Virus record (IMG/VR): IMGVR_UViG_2857096214_000002
Coordinates: 408 to 64,407 of that record
Strand: one strand, 5' to 3'
DNA length: 64,000 nt
Source of the DNA: a virus
Lineage: Duplodnaviria > Caudoviricetes
Part shown: in pieces, positions 28,204 through 37,599 of the stretch
Layout: each line of letters opens with the position of its first letter
Position numbering within the stretch: position 1 is the first letter of the stretch
The notes under the pieces: generated by a model
Seen by the model: the letters and a program-made list of their open reading frames with translations, nothing else
Databases searched by the model: none
Told to the model about the DNA's origin: nothing
Translations under genes and position numbers: made by a program

Positions 28204-28322
28204 GCTAATAGAAACCGAAGGTTTCTATTTAGCAGTTCTCTTGCTGGAGCTAGAGCTGGTGCTTTTGCTTGAGCGCGTATGTGCACGCTCGATGCGTCAG
28301 TTGCTGCGTCACGTCAGTTACT
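28204..28322. other. candidate replication origin (AT-rich palindrome plus short direct repeats)
   Basis: AATAGAAACC-GAA-GGTTTCTATT palindrome; CGTCAGTT twice; lies between the HTH gene and loader-associated genes. Confidence 0.4.
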
Positions 28323-28728
28323 CGCTCTCCGGCATGTGGTCCTCCAGTTCGCGGTTCGATTTGACGAGCATGCGGATTGCGCAGTCCACGAGCTGGTGGT
28401 GCGGCATCTGCTCCTGAGCCATACGGATGGGGCCGAAGACGCTGGCGATGGAGACGGCGCCGACGCGCACCTGTGTCTCGGTCTTGGCTCCGGGCCATGC
28501 GAGAATGCGCACAAGTCCGATGGTGCGCAGGTCACTTAGGGCTCGGGTGGCCGTGCGGAGGCAGACCTTCATTTCGTCCGCGAGATCCTGCTGAGTGATA
28601 TAGGCGCAGGACCACCCGGTGAGTTCGTCGTACCGGCTGTCCCGATGAGTAACGAGATTTGTGTACGCGGTCCGAGCCCTTTCAGGAACTCGCGCGAGGA
28701 TCTCGTCTACGGGAATTTCGAGGCTCAT
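28318..28728 (-). CDS. winged-HTH protein, putative replication initiator
   Basis: ITQQDLADEMKVCLRTATRALSDLRTIGLVRI. Confidence 0.7.
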   Translation of the reverse strand: MSLEIPVDEILARVPERARTAYTNLVTHRDSRYDELTGWSCAYITQQDLADEMKVCLRTATRALSDLRTIGLVRILAWPGAKTETQVRVGAVSIASVFGPIRMAQEQMPHHQLVDCAIRMLVKSNRELEDHMPESE

Positions 28729-28821
28729 GTAAACTCCCGGTGGAATGTGTCGAATGGCGTGGCAGCCAGAAGTGCGGCCCCCGGCGGAATGCTGTCAATG
28801 TCCGTCGGGGGTCTTTCTTTG

Positions 28822-29706
28822 TCAGGCGGGAACCCGGCGCGTCTGCGCGTCCTTTGGGGGACGGCCTCGGCCGGCCGGCTCCCACTGCCCGGACTTCTCG
28901 TTGAAGATCTCCAGGCGTGTCTTTCGCGGCTTCGTGCCGTCTTCGGTGTCCGCGGGGATCTCCGGCTTGGGTGCGAGCACGGAGCGGGCACGGATCAGGT
29001 CCTGGCGCAGCTCGGCCGCGGAGTTGACCATCTGGCCGAAGACGACGTCGATGAAGCCTTCCGTGTCGATCAGGGCCTGGTTGACGGTGGCGGCCTCTTG
29101 GGCGGTGAGCGTGACGTCCGGGGCGTCGCTGACGACGGTGAGCGCCGTCTGTCCGTCGGCCTCGACCTCCAGGGCCGCTTCCTCCGGCGGCTCGTGGTCG
29201 GGCAGGTGCTGCCAGGTGACCTCCAGCAGCATGCGCGAGAGGTCGTGGACCGGGATACCCTCGCGCAGGGCTGCCGCCGCGGCGCCGGCGGCCACATCGT
29301 CGAACTTCCCCTCGGTCGACAGGACCAGGAGCATCGGGTTCTCGGCCTTGGCGAGCCGCTCCACCATGCCGTTGTCCGGGTCGGTGCAGTTGATGAGGAT
29401 GTCTTCCTCGGGGTCGTCGACATTGCCGAGGATGTCGTCGGTGCGCTCGTTCATGGTCTCGTCGAAGAGCACCTTGTAGGGCAGCTCACAGCGGACGATC
29501 CATTCCCAGAACGCGTGCACCCCCGGGGAGGTGAGTGTCTCGCCGGCCGGGATGAGTGCGCTCAGTGCGTAGCGGTCGGACGGGGCGAAATAGCCTTCTG
29601 TGTCTTCGGAGCCGAGGGAGAAGTGGGCGTTGAGGGTGTCCACGACGAGGTTCCCTGCGACCTCGGCTTCCCCCAGAACCCCCAAGGTGACTGTCCGCAA
29701 AGCCAT
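28822..29706 (-). CDS. acidic protein with C-terminal AT-hook-like motif
   Basis: GAGG SD; alpha/beta N-terminal domain; C-terminal AGRGRPPK. Confidence 0.6.
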   Translation of the reverse strand: MALRTVTLGVLGEAEVAGNLVVDTLNAHFSLGSEDTEGYFAPSDRYALSALIPAGETLTSPGVHAFWEWIVRCELPYKVLFDETMNERTDDILGNVDDPEEDILINCTDPDNGMVERLAKAENPMLLVLSTEGKFDDVAAGAAAAALREGIPVHDLSRMLLEVTWQHLPDHEPPEEAALEVEADGQTALTVVSDAPDVTLTAQEAATVNQALIDTEGFIDVVFGQMVNSAAELRQDLIRARSVLAPKPEIPADTEDGTKPRKTRLEIFNEKSGQWEPAGRGRPPKDAQTRRVPA

Positions 29707-29850
29707 ATTTACCTCACATGGGTTGATCGGGTGGGCGTCAGCGATAGTGCCCCTGATGGCCCGTCGGAAATAGATGCGACAGGGCAATTTCGTTTAAGAC
29801 CACTCGCCTGGCTCAATTGGGGCCGCCAGGGTGAGACAGCGGCTCTGACC

Positions 29851-30156
29851 TCACGGTCCAGGCATTGGCATCCCCCGTCTGGCCCTGCCACGTGTCACGG
29901 TGGCAATTCGAGGTGACTCACTCGAACGGCTCAGGAGATGAAGCGTCCCCGCAATGGAGGCCGCCGCGAGGGGCAGCAGAAAATCCGGGTCGACCCAGCG
30001 CTCAAGCGCGAACGCGATGCCCAGAGCGGACAACGATTTCACGTAGGCAGCGACCATCTCGGGCACCGGCAGCAGAGAACACAGCGCCCCGATGATCGGG
30101 CGTACGAGGCATTCCCAGACGAAGAACGTGGCGAGCGCAAGGACGAGCAAGTGCAT
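29851..30156 (-). CDS. membrane protein
   Basis: Three hydrophobic segments and a basic tail. Confidence 0.55.
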   Translation of the reverse strand: MHLLVLALATFFVWECLVRPIIGALCSLLPVPEMVAAYVKSLSALGIAFALERWVDPDFLLPLAAASIAGTLHLLSRSSESPRIATVTRGRARRGMPMPGP

Positions 30157-30169
30157 GGCGTATCCCGGG

Positions 30170-32251
30170 TCACGGAGCGCTCGCGTACACAAGGCGGTAG
30201 GAGGCGCCCACACCGATCTGCCGTTGAATGAGCTGATCCAGACGGTATTGGCTGACCCTTTTTCCGCGGTAATAGTGCGAGCGGGTATCCCCGGGGGTGC
30301 CCTCCCACATGTAGTCGGCGCTGGGCTGGTTGCCGTCGAAGTAGTCGCCGAGCTTGTCGGCCTGCTCGACGAGCAGTTGGTCGTAGCGGAATGTGAGCGG
30401 GCCGACGTTGGCGTAGGGGCCGTTCGTCACGAGGGACTGCCACACAGAGCCGGCGTACTGGACGACGGCGCCGGCCGTGTACGGGATGGACTGCGACCAG
30501 GTGGGTTCCGCGGTTGGCAACTGCGGTAGGAGGGTCCACACCGCGTCGTTGCTGTCCGGCGGCACGGCCGAGAACACCGTGGCGACGTCGTCGGCCGCAT
30601 AACCGAGGTAGAGGCGAAGCGAGCCGCCGTAGGTGCTGGAGGTTTTGAACGTTACCGACAACCGGGACCAGGTGGTGTTTCCGGTCGGGTCGAAAATCGG
30701 CGAGGAAGTACCGCGGATGATGTTCGTGCCGTCGCCTGCGAACAGCGTGATGGGTACCGGGCAGGCTGTCGGCAGGACGTAGACGGACGCCGTGTAGACC
30801 GTGTCGGGTTTGAGCGAGTCGACGAGCGCCGGCTGTGTGACCTGGGAGATCACGCCGGTGCGCGGGGAGGTGCCGTTGACCAGAGTGGCCGTGGGAGCAG
30901 TGGTCATGCTGAACTGCGCGGCGTTGCCGATGATGCCGCCGCCCGTCACCAGCGTCAGGGTCGAGGAGAGCGACGCGTCCTTTTCCTGGCTCCAGCCCCA
31001 AAGGGAGTTCTGGAAGCTGGGGTTTTTGGCGTAGTTCACGCGGGTGGCGCGGAGCTTAATGATGAGCTGTCGCGGGGCCTGCCAGGCCCTGGCCGGTGAA
31101 GCGCCCGCGCTCTTGGTGGCGAGGGTCGACGGCACCCAGATGCGGTGCTCGTCCACGTAGAAGTGCACCGAGCTGGCACCGCCGGAGGTGACCCGGGGGA
31201 CGACCGCGGCCCAGGCGGCGGTGCTGTCCATGGTCAGGGTCGCCGCGGCCTGCTGCCACTTGAAGCCCCCCGCCGTGGTGACCGAGCTACCCGCCACGAA
31301 GGTCCCGATCAGGTTGAAATTCGCGTCGTAGCGCAGCACGGCGCACTGGAGGGTCTGGCCGGCGGCCTCGGCCGCCACGGAGACCTGCGCCTGATAGGTG
31401 ACGCCGGGCTCGACGCGCACGAGCGCGGTCTGGAGCGGGGCGAGCGTCAGCACGGCTGGCGCGGCGATGGGGGTGCCCAGCGGGACCCCGCCGCCGTTGG
31501 GGTTGTCCGGGGTGCCCTCGCCGGCAGTGAAGGTGCGGTATTTGACGTCGGCGTATGTCTGGCGCTTGGCCATCAGGTTCGGGTAGGTGCCGAACTGGGC
31601 CACCGCCTGATAGGAGTTGGTGGCCGGCGGGGACTGGTAGACGAATTTCCCGGAGAATTCGCCGCACGACGTGTACTCGTTGGTGCGGGTGAAGGTCATG
31701 TAGGCCGTCTCGCCGCCGCCACCGACCGGCGTGTACATCGTGCGGCCCTCGTACGAGGACTGCTCGATGCTGAAGAGGTTGCTGCCGAACTGTGAGGTGT
31801 CGGTGTCGATGCCGGGCGGCGTCTTCTCGAACTGCACGTAAGCGATCTGCTGCGTTTCGTTCAGCGCCATGGCGGAGGAGGTCACGCCGAGGCGTGCATA
31901 GTCGTACACGCCGTAGATCGCGCCGATGGGGCCCGGGGAGTAGTAGGAGTTGCGGGCCTGGACGGTGACGGACAGCCGTTTCCAGGTGTTCGTGGGGTCG
32001 GTGCCGCCCAGACGGATGGTGGCGGAGGTGGGGTGGCTGAAGGCAGGGTCGGAGTAGACCGACGGCCCGTACGCCACGACCGCGAAGTCCGTGAAGGCAC
32101 CCGGCACATTGGAGTAGGTGATCGCGATGGTGCCGTTGCCGGTGCTGCGGCCGGCTGTCATGGACACGAGCGTGATGAGCCGCAGGGCGGGATTGAACTC
32201 GCCGGTGCTCGGCGACGTGCCGTCCAGCGTCAGGGGAATGGGGACGGTCAC
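30170..32251 (-). CDS. tail/baseplate-associated protein with carbohydrate-binding-like domains
   Basis: NYAKNPSF CBM-like starts, WSQSIPYTAGAVVQYAGSVWQS (CBM5/12-like), YFDG..W.GT motif. Confidence 0.7.
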   Translation of the reverse strand: MTVPIPLTLDGTSPSTGEFNPALRLITLVSMTAGRSTGNGTIAITYSNVPGAFTDFAVVAYGPSVYSDPAFSHPTSATIRLGGTDPTNTWKRLSVTVQARNSYYSPGPIGAIYGVYDYARLGVTSSAMALNETQQIAYVQFEKTPPGIDTDTSQFGSNLFSIEQSSYEGRTMYTPVGGGGETAYMTFTRTNEYTSCGEFSGKFVYQSPPATNSYQAVAQFGTYPNLMAKRQTYADVKYRTFTAGEGTPDNPNGGGVPLGTPIAAPAVLTLAPLQTALVRVEPGVTYQAQVSVAAEAAGQTLQCAVLRYDANFNLIGTFVAGSSVTTAGGFKWQQAAATLTMDSTAAWAAVVPRVTSGGASSVHFYVDEHRIWVPSTLATKSAGASPARAWQAPRQLIIKLRATRVNYAKNPSFQNSLWGWSQEKDASLSSTLTLVTGGGIIGNAAQFSMTTAPTATLVNGTSPRTGVISQVTQPALVDSLKPDTVYTASVYVLPTACPVPITLFAGDGTNIIRGTSSPIFDPTGNTTWSRLSVTFKTSSTYGGSLRLYLGYAADDVATVFSAVPPDSNDAVWTLLPQLPTAEPTWSQSIPYTAGAVVQYAGSVWQSLVTNGPYANVGPLTFRYDQLLVEQADKLGDYFDGNQPSADYMWEGTPGDTRSHYYRGKRVSQYRLDQLIQRQIGVGASYRLVYASAP

Positions 32252-35175
32252 GGGCGCACCCTTTCCAGCAGGCCGTAGCCGACGGCAGTGTTGTTGCGGG
32301 TGTCGGAGACGTTCGCGAGCGTGCGCCAGCCCGACCAGCCGCGGGCCTCGACGAGGATGTCTCCGGACCTGTTGCGCACCCGCATGCGCTCGCCGTAGGA
32401 GATCGGCGTCCAGGTGGCAACGACCGAGACGTTGACCGCGGTGACATTGCCGCCGGAGACGGTGAGGGTGGTGTAGGTGAGCCGGTCGCGGGAGGCGAGC
32501 CAGTAGGCGGTGTTGAGGGTGAAACGAAAGACGATCCCGTGCTCCATCGTGGCGGCCGAGTTGTCAGGCAGCGACATGAACGTCACGTACGCCTGCTCGC
32601 CCTGCTGTCCGGTGGGCACAGTGGGGTAGACCCAGTCGCGCTGGAACCACAGGACCCGGCCTGCCTGGCGTTCCAGCGTGGCCGACGAGTTCCAGCCGGT
32701 GGGGTAGACCGTGCCGCGCGTGTTGGCCCAGGTGCCGCGGGTGTAGTTCCACGGGACAGGCACGCCGTGCTGGCCGGCCGTCGGCACGGTCCATCCGGCA
32801 GGCGCCCCGGTGCCCGTGGCCTGCGGGTAGGTGGGCGTGGTCTCGAACCGGTCGAACAGAAGCTGTGCGTCGCTTTGGACGTAGGCGATTCCGCCGTAAC
32901 TTCCGGAAGAGTTATACCAGTTGATGAAGGGGCGGACGTCTTCGCCGGTCGCTGTCGAGGTGCGGTTGTGGTACAGGCTGAACGTATAACGCTGGATATT
33001 CAGGCCACACCAACGCCACCACAGATTGTCGGTGTTGTAGCCGCTGGGATAAATACCGAGGGACGGGCGGGCGGCCTCATACAGATGCCCGCTCCAGGAG
33101 ATCCGATCGCCCTTTTTGTAGGAGCGCGTGGCCGACCAAGAGACGACTTTCGGGGTGTAGACGGAGTCGGTCAGGATGCGGCTGGTCTCGGGTGCCGTGT
33201 TGGCCTTGTACGCGGTGAAGCGCCACTTGTCCGGGTTGAGGTCGGGCTGCCGGCCGACGCTTTGAGCGACGGCGACGTACACGGGAGCGCTGGCCCAGCC
33301 GAGCGGATTCCAGGTGCATGCCTGCCCCGGGTAGTACGTGTTGGTGGCATCCCACGGGTTCGCACGCACGAGGCCCGACAGGAACACTTCGCGGGTGCCG
33401 GATGACGAAAGTGCCGTGTAGTTAAGGGAGTTGCCGGTGCCGGGACTGGAGGTGCCGACGGACGCGCCCTGGGGAGAGATCCACCAGTCCGGAGTGGTGG
33501 TGGCCGTGACGTCGGGGTCGATGGTGCCGCTCGGCAGTGACAGATTCCAACTGCCGTAGCCGCCGGTCAACGGGTTCCATTCGCTCTGGGTGTCCTTGAG
33601 CGTGTTCGCGGTGATGGCCTGCCAGTTGGCGGCGGACTGGGCGTTGCCGGTCGGCGGGATGTTCAGGTTGGTTCCGCTGCCCAGCAGGAGCAGGTAGGAG
33701 ATGGTGATGTCGTAGCCCGTGGACAGGGCGTTTTTCCCTGTCGAGGTCAGGGTGAGGGTGTTGCCCGTGGCGGTGAGCGTGAAGGTGCCGACGGTCACGA
33801 TGGGGATCTGCTGGCGGGTGGAGCTGTACAGGTCGACCGGCACCATGCCTCCGTCGACCCCGTTGACCGTGCCGTCGACAATGCCGCCGGCCGGGTCGGC
33901 GATCAGGACGGCCAGGACGGTGTAGGAGCCGGCGGCCGGCGCGGCGAAGGTGTACGTCATCGAGTCGCCGGAGGCAGCCCCGGTGACGCGGACATAGCCG
34001 GGGTAGGGGTCGGCGACCCGGTCGGGGTCCTTGACGATGGTGCCGGTACCGGTCCTCGTGGGGTTCGAGCCCGTGTAGGACAGGTACACCGAGTCCCGGC
34101 GGGGGGTGCCGATGGCGGCGTACAGAGTGCCGTTGTAGCCGACGATGTCCGAGTAGAGCTGGCTGCCAGCGGTGGTGTAGTAGACCTTGTCGCGCTGCCA
34201 GTCCGGGTAGGTGGGCGAGGCGAAGGCGGATTCGTCTAGGTCGTGCAGTTCGTTGTAGCCGATCAGGACGTCGGAGTCCCAGCCGGTCGCGGCCTTCACG
34301 AGAGCCTGGGTGGACTCGACGCTGCCGCGGTCGCGCTGAATGAGAGCAGCGTTGGCGACGTAGGTGCGGCGCAGCTCGGGCAGCGCGGGAAGCTGCTGGG
34401 CGATGCCCATCTCCTGCGCCAGGAGGTACAACTGCCGGTCGCTGCAACGGATTACGTCGTTGATGCGGAGCAGCTGGTCGTTCTCACATTTGATGATGTC
34501 GAAGTAGTAGCCGAAGATCCGGCAGAACTTGGCCAGTTGCTCGTTTACGGGGATGGCAGACGCGGTGCTTTCGACGACGTCGATTTTGTACGGGCGTGGG
34601 ATCTGGTCGTACAGCAGCTCGCTGTGCTTGAAATCCCTGGCGGCCAGGCCCACGCAGCCGCCGCACCGGTACCACGCCTCGGTCATGCCGGTCAGCGACC
34701 AGGAGCCGGGGTTGGTGTCGGGCTGGAGTCCGGTGACGGTGGTGGTGGCCGCGTACACCTTGCTGCTGTAGGTGACGAGGTCTCCGGCGTAGTACGTGAT
34801 CGTGGCGTCGTACGTGTCCGGTGCCGTGCTGACGAACACCGCGTAGTAGTAGACCTGGGCCGGGACGACCGTGTCGTCCAGGAACCGGTTCTCGGGGTCC
34901 CCGGTGCCGCCGCCTGCGCCGGCCGGGGCTTCGAAGATCACCCAGCCGTCGTCTTCCGTCTCCGGGACACCGTAGGAGTTACGAACCAGGCGCAGCCGGG
35001 TCCAGCTCTTGACTCCAGCGATGATCTGACTGGAGCCGGACTGAATCGGCGTACTCCACGAGACTTCCAGTGCACCGTAGCCGCGCTGCTCGGCGGACAT
35101 GGTCGACTGGAAGGAAACGAAAAGGGGTGCGCCGTATAGGGTTTTCGCGTAGATGTCGAGTTCGTAGACGCCCAT
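32248..35175 (-). CDS. baseplate wedge/tail protein (P2 gpI-like) with CBM5/12-like repeats
   Basis: LYDQIP..Y, L.KF..IFG, L.LLAQEMG, RGS...ATGW core; repeated W/Y-x5-Y..G..V.Y modules. Confidence 0.75.
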   Translation of the reverse strand: MGVYELDIYAKTLYGAPLFVSFQSTMSAEQRGYGALEVSWSTPIQSGSSQIIAGVKSWTRLRLVRNSYGVPETEDDGWVIFEAPAGAGGGTGDPENRFLDDTVVPAQVYYYAVFVSTAPDTYDATITYYAGDLVTYSSKVYAATTTVTGLQPDTNPGSWSLTGMTEAWYRCGGCVGLAARDFKHSELLYDQIPRPYKIDVVESTASAIPVNEQLAKFCRIFGYYFDIIKCENDQLLRINDVIRCSDRQLYLLAQEMGIAQQLPALPELRRTYVANAALIQRDRGSVESTQALVKAATGWDSDVLIGYNELHDLDESAFASPTYPDWQRDKVYYTTAGSQLYSDIVGYNGTLYAAIGTPRRDSVYLSYTGSNPTRTGTGTIVKDPDRVADPYPGYVRVTGAASGDSMTYTFAAPAAGSYTVLAVLIADPAGGIVDGTVNGVDGGMVPVDLYSSTRQQIPIVTVGTFTLTATGNTLTLTSTGKNALSTGYDITISYLLLLGSGTNLNIPPTGNAQSAANWQAITANTLKDTQSEWNPLTGGYGSWNLSLPSGTIDPDVTATTTPDWWISPQGASVGTSSPGTGNSLNYTALSSSGTREVFLSGLVRANPWDATNTYYPGQACTWNPLGWASAPVYVAVAQSVGRQPDLNPDKWRFTAYKANTAPETSRILTDSVYTPKVVSWSATRSYKKGDRISWSGHLYEAARPSLGIYPSGYNTDNLWWRWCGLNIQRYTFSLYHNRTSTATGEDVRPFINWYNSSGSYGGIAYVQSDAQLLFDRFETTPTYPQATGTGAPAGWTVPTAGQHGVPVPWNYTRGTWANTRGTVYPTGWNSSATLERQAGRVLWFQRDWVYPTVPTGQQGEQAYVTFMSLPDNSAATMEHGIVFRFTLNTAYWLASRDRLTYTTLTVSGGNVTAVNVSVVATWTPISYGERMRVRNRSGDILVEARGWSGWRTLANVSDTRNNTAVGYGLLERVRP

Positions 35176-35183
35176 TCGCTACC

Positions 35184-35963
35184 TCACGTCAGGTTGCGTA
35201 CGAACGACAGGGAAATGTTGCAGTTGGCATCCACGGTGTTGTCGACCGCGCCGTGCTGGCTCACCTGCACCTGAATCGGAACGCCTGCGTTCCATCGGCC
35301 CTGCCATGCCATGTTGATGCGGTGGCGAATCCACGTGCGGGTTTCCACCATGCTGTCCTGGCCCGCGACTTCATCGTTTCCGCGCATCAGCCGCACATGG
35401 AAGAAATGCAGGTCGTGCGAGTAACGCACCGTGGAATCGGCCCAGATGTTTACGGTGATGTCCCAGAATCCTGTCACCGGGGCGTAGATGTTCGAACCAC
35501 CGTGGTACATGTGGTTCGGGTCGTAATCGGCTGCGCCCCATTTGAACGGAGTCCACGCGCCTTCGCCAGTCGGTACTTTGATGCCGGGGGCGCGGATGAC
35601 AGCGGCAGGCGGCGGGGCCGGCTTCTGTCCGCCCTGGCCGGCCAGGAGCTGCGTCATCAGCGTCAGCCAGGTCATCTGCTGCTGCATGGACTTGAGTCGG
35701 TCGGCCACGGTGGAGTAGGTCTTGGCCGAGCCGAAGTTGCTCACCGGGGCGGGCGTCTTCACGGTCATCGTGCCGGTCTTCGGCGGCCATGCCGTGTTCC
35801 CGCTCGGCCACCAGCCCGACCACACATGCGGGTTGGCGCCCACCGTGCGCTCGACGGCCGCCATTTCGTTTTGGAGGTCGTTGACGTGGGCGGCCCAGAT
35901 CGTGTCGACGTTGTCGGTTTTCGGTGTGAAGCTCCGCACCGACATGGGGTAGACAGCGGGCAT
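35184..35963 (-). CDS. tail fibre / minor tail protein
   Basis: AAHVNDLQNE..A.E N-terminal motif; C1q/TNF-like C-terminal beta domain. Confidence 0.65.
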   Translation of the reverse strand: MPAVYPMSVRSFTPKTDNVDTIWAAHVNDLQNEMAAVERTVGANPHVWSGWWPSGNTAWPPKTGTMTVKTPAPVSNFGSAKTYSTVADRLKSMQQQMTWLTLMTQLLAGQGGQKPAPPPAAVIRAPGIKVPTGEGAWTPFKWGAADYDPNHMYHGGSNIYAPVTGFWDITVNIWADSTVRYSHDLHFFHVRLMRGNDEVAGQDSMVETRTWIRHRINMAWQGRWNAGVPIQVQVSQHGAVDNTVDANCNISLSFVRNLT

Positions 35964-35974
35964 GGCGCGGGCTC

Positions 35975-37507
35975 CTATACTCCGCCGCTGGCGGTGATAA
36001 CGATGCTGCCGACGATCGGGATTTCTTGGTCACGGCATACGACGTCGGCTGTGCCGCTCTGCGTCAGGTCGGAGCGGGCCATCATCTGAATGACCGCCCA
36101 GTCGACTCCCGGGACGTCCTGAATCGCCTTGTAGATACGGGAGATGGAAATCCGCGAGCCGAAGGTCGTCTCGGGCGGAGTGAAGACCTGCTGAATGGCC
36201 TGCTGCACGGCGAGCTTGACGGTGTCGCGCCGGTAGCGGGCCTGGACGGAAATAAGGACGGGCAGTGTGCTGGAGCCGACGTTGACCGGCACCAGGGTGC
36301 CGTTGACGACGTTGACGACCACGCCGGAAAGGGAGCGTGCCTGTACGTACTGAGCGACGGTGTCCCGCTGCCCCTCCGAGGGGAGGATGTTGTTCGGGCC
36401 GATGATGAAGATGGTCACGGCGCTGGCGGAGCGGACCACGGCTCGGGCGTCTGCGACACCGGCGACGGTGAGAGCGAGGTCGGCGTAATCCTGGGCGCTG
36501 ACCGCGCGGCCCTGGGCCCGGAAGACTCGCGGGGCGTTGATGCGGATCTGGTCGATGGTCTCCTGGTCGGCGCCGCCCGCCATCGGGGAGGACCCGGCGA
36601 CCACCACACCAGGGACGGACTCGGCCAGGTCGACGATCGACGACTGGGGCACATTGCCGTAGGAGCCGCCCCCGGTCCGGTACGCGGCGGTGATCTTCAG
36701 GCCGGTGGCCGGGACAGCGCCATTGACACCGTCGCCGAACGTGATCTGCGTGACGCCCTGGTCGTCGGTGACCGCCGTGAAGATCAGGTCGGAGGACTGC
36801 GCCAGGAGGAAGTCATCGACCGCGGTCCACTCGGTGCCGCCCACCCCGTCGTCGATGAAGATTCTTACGGTGTCGAGCAGCACCGGGCTCTGGGCCAGGC
36901 TGAAGGTCTGCGACTTGGTGCCGTCGCTGGCACCGACGTCCTCGACGCGCACGGTGGTGGCCGGCTGGCCGGACGTGGAGGCGTACAGGGCCAGCGAGCG
37001 GCTGCCTTGGGTGGCGCCCTCGGCGACCAGAGCGACGATCTGGGGGACGGGGGTGGTGTAGGCCGGCACGATGACGTCCGTGGTCGTCTCGTACGTGATG
37101 GGCCTATCCAGGGCCGGGATGTAGGCGGTGATGACCTGCGTGCCGGCCGGCAGGGTCACCGGTGAGGTCAGGCCGGGGGCGGGGCTGAAGGCGACTTGGC
37201 CGGTGGCGGGGATCGCGGGGTGAGGCTGGTAGCCGAGCTGCTGCGCGATGGCCACGACGCTGGAGCGCTGGGTGGCCGTGGTCAGAAAGCTCTCGTCCTG
37301 AATGCGGTCCTGGTAGAAGGAGATGATGTCACCCATATAGGCGAACAACTCCACCATGACGACGCCGAAGTCTGCCGGAGAGCGGGACGTCCATTCGGGA
37401 AGAATCTGCTGCGCGTACGCGAGGAGGGAATCGCGGTAGCCCGTGAAGTCACGCGACGTGTAGTCGATATTCGCTACCGACCCGCTGTCGACTGCCACTG
37501 CACACAC
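35975..37507 (-). CDS. baseplate J-like wedge protein
   Basis: IDYTSRDF, DFGV..VELFAY.GD, FGDG..G..P, GGAD.E, RAVS..DY. Confidence 0.92.
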   Translation of the reverse strand: MCAVAVDSGSVANIDYTSRDFTGYRDSLLAYAQQILPEWTSRSPADFGVVMVELFAYMGDIISFYQDRIQDESFLTTATQRSSVVAIAQQLGYQPHPAIPATGQVAFSPAPGLTSPVTLPAGTQVITAYIPALDRPITYETTTDVIVPAYTTPVPQIVALVAEGATQGSRSLALYASTSGQPATTVRVEDVGASDGTKSQTFSLAQSPVLLDTVRIFIDDGVGGTEWTAVDDFLLAQSSDLIFTAVTDDQGVTQITFGDGVNGAVPATGLKITAAYRTGGGSYGNVPQSSIVDLAESVPGVVVAGSSPMAGGADQETIDQIRINAPRVFRAQGRAVSAQDYADLALTVAGVADARAVVRSASAVTIFIIGPNNILPSEGQRDTVAQYVQARSLSGVVVNVVNGTLVPVNVGSSTLPVLISVQARYRRDTVKLAVQQAIQQVFTPPETTFGSRISISRIYKAIQDVPGVDWAVIQMMARSDLTQSGTADVVCRDQEIPIVGSIVITASGGV

Positions 37508-37599
37508 TTCCTCTCGGTCCCCGCCAGCGGGATCGAGTCATAAATGTGTGCCGGCCGATATTGGGATTCTACGGTTTATGGCGACACTCCGTTAATGGC

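Noticed and set aside
28143-28286. In-frame TTA in the 5' extension of ORF 27612-28286
   Set aside because: The extension runs through the AT-rich palindrome; the ATG at 28142 has a clear SD and is the likelier start.
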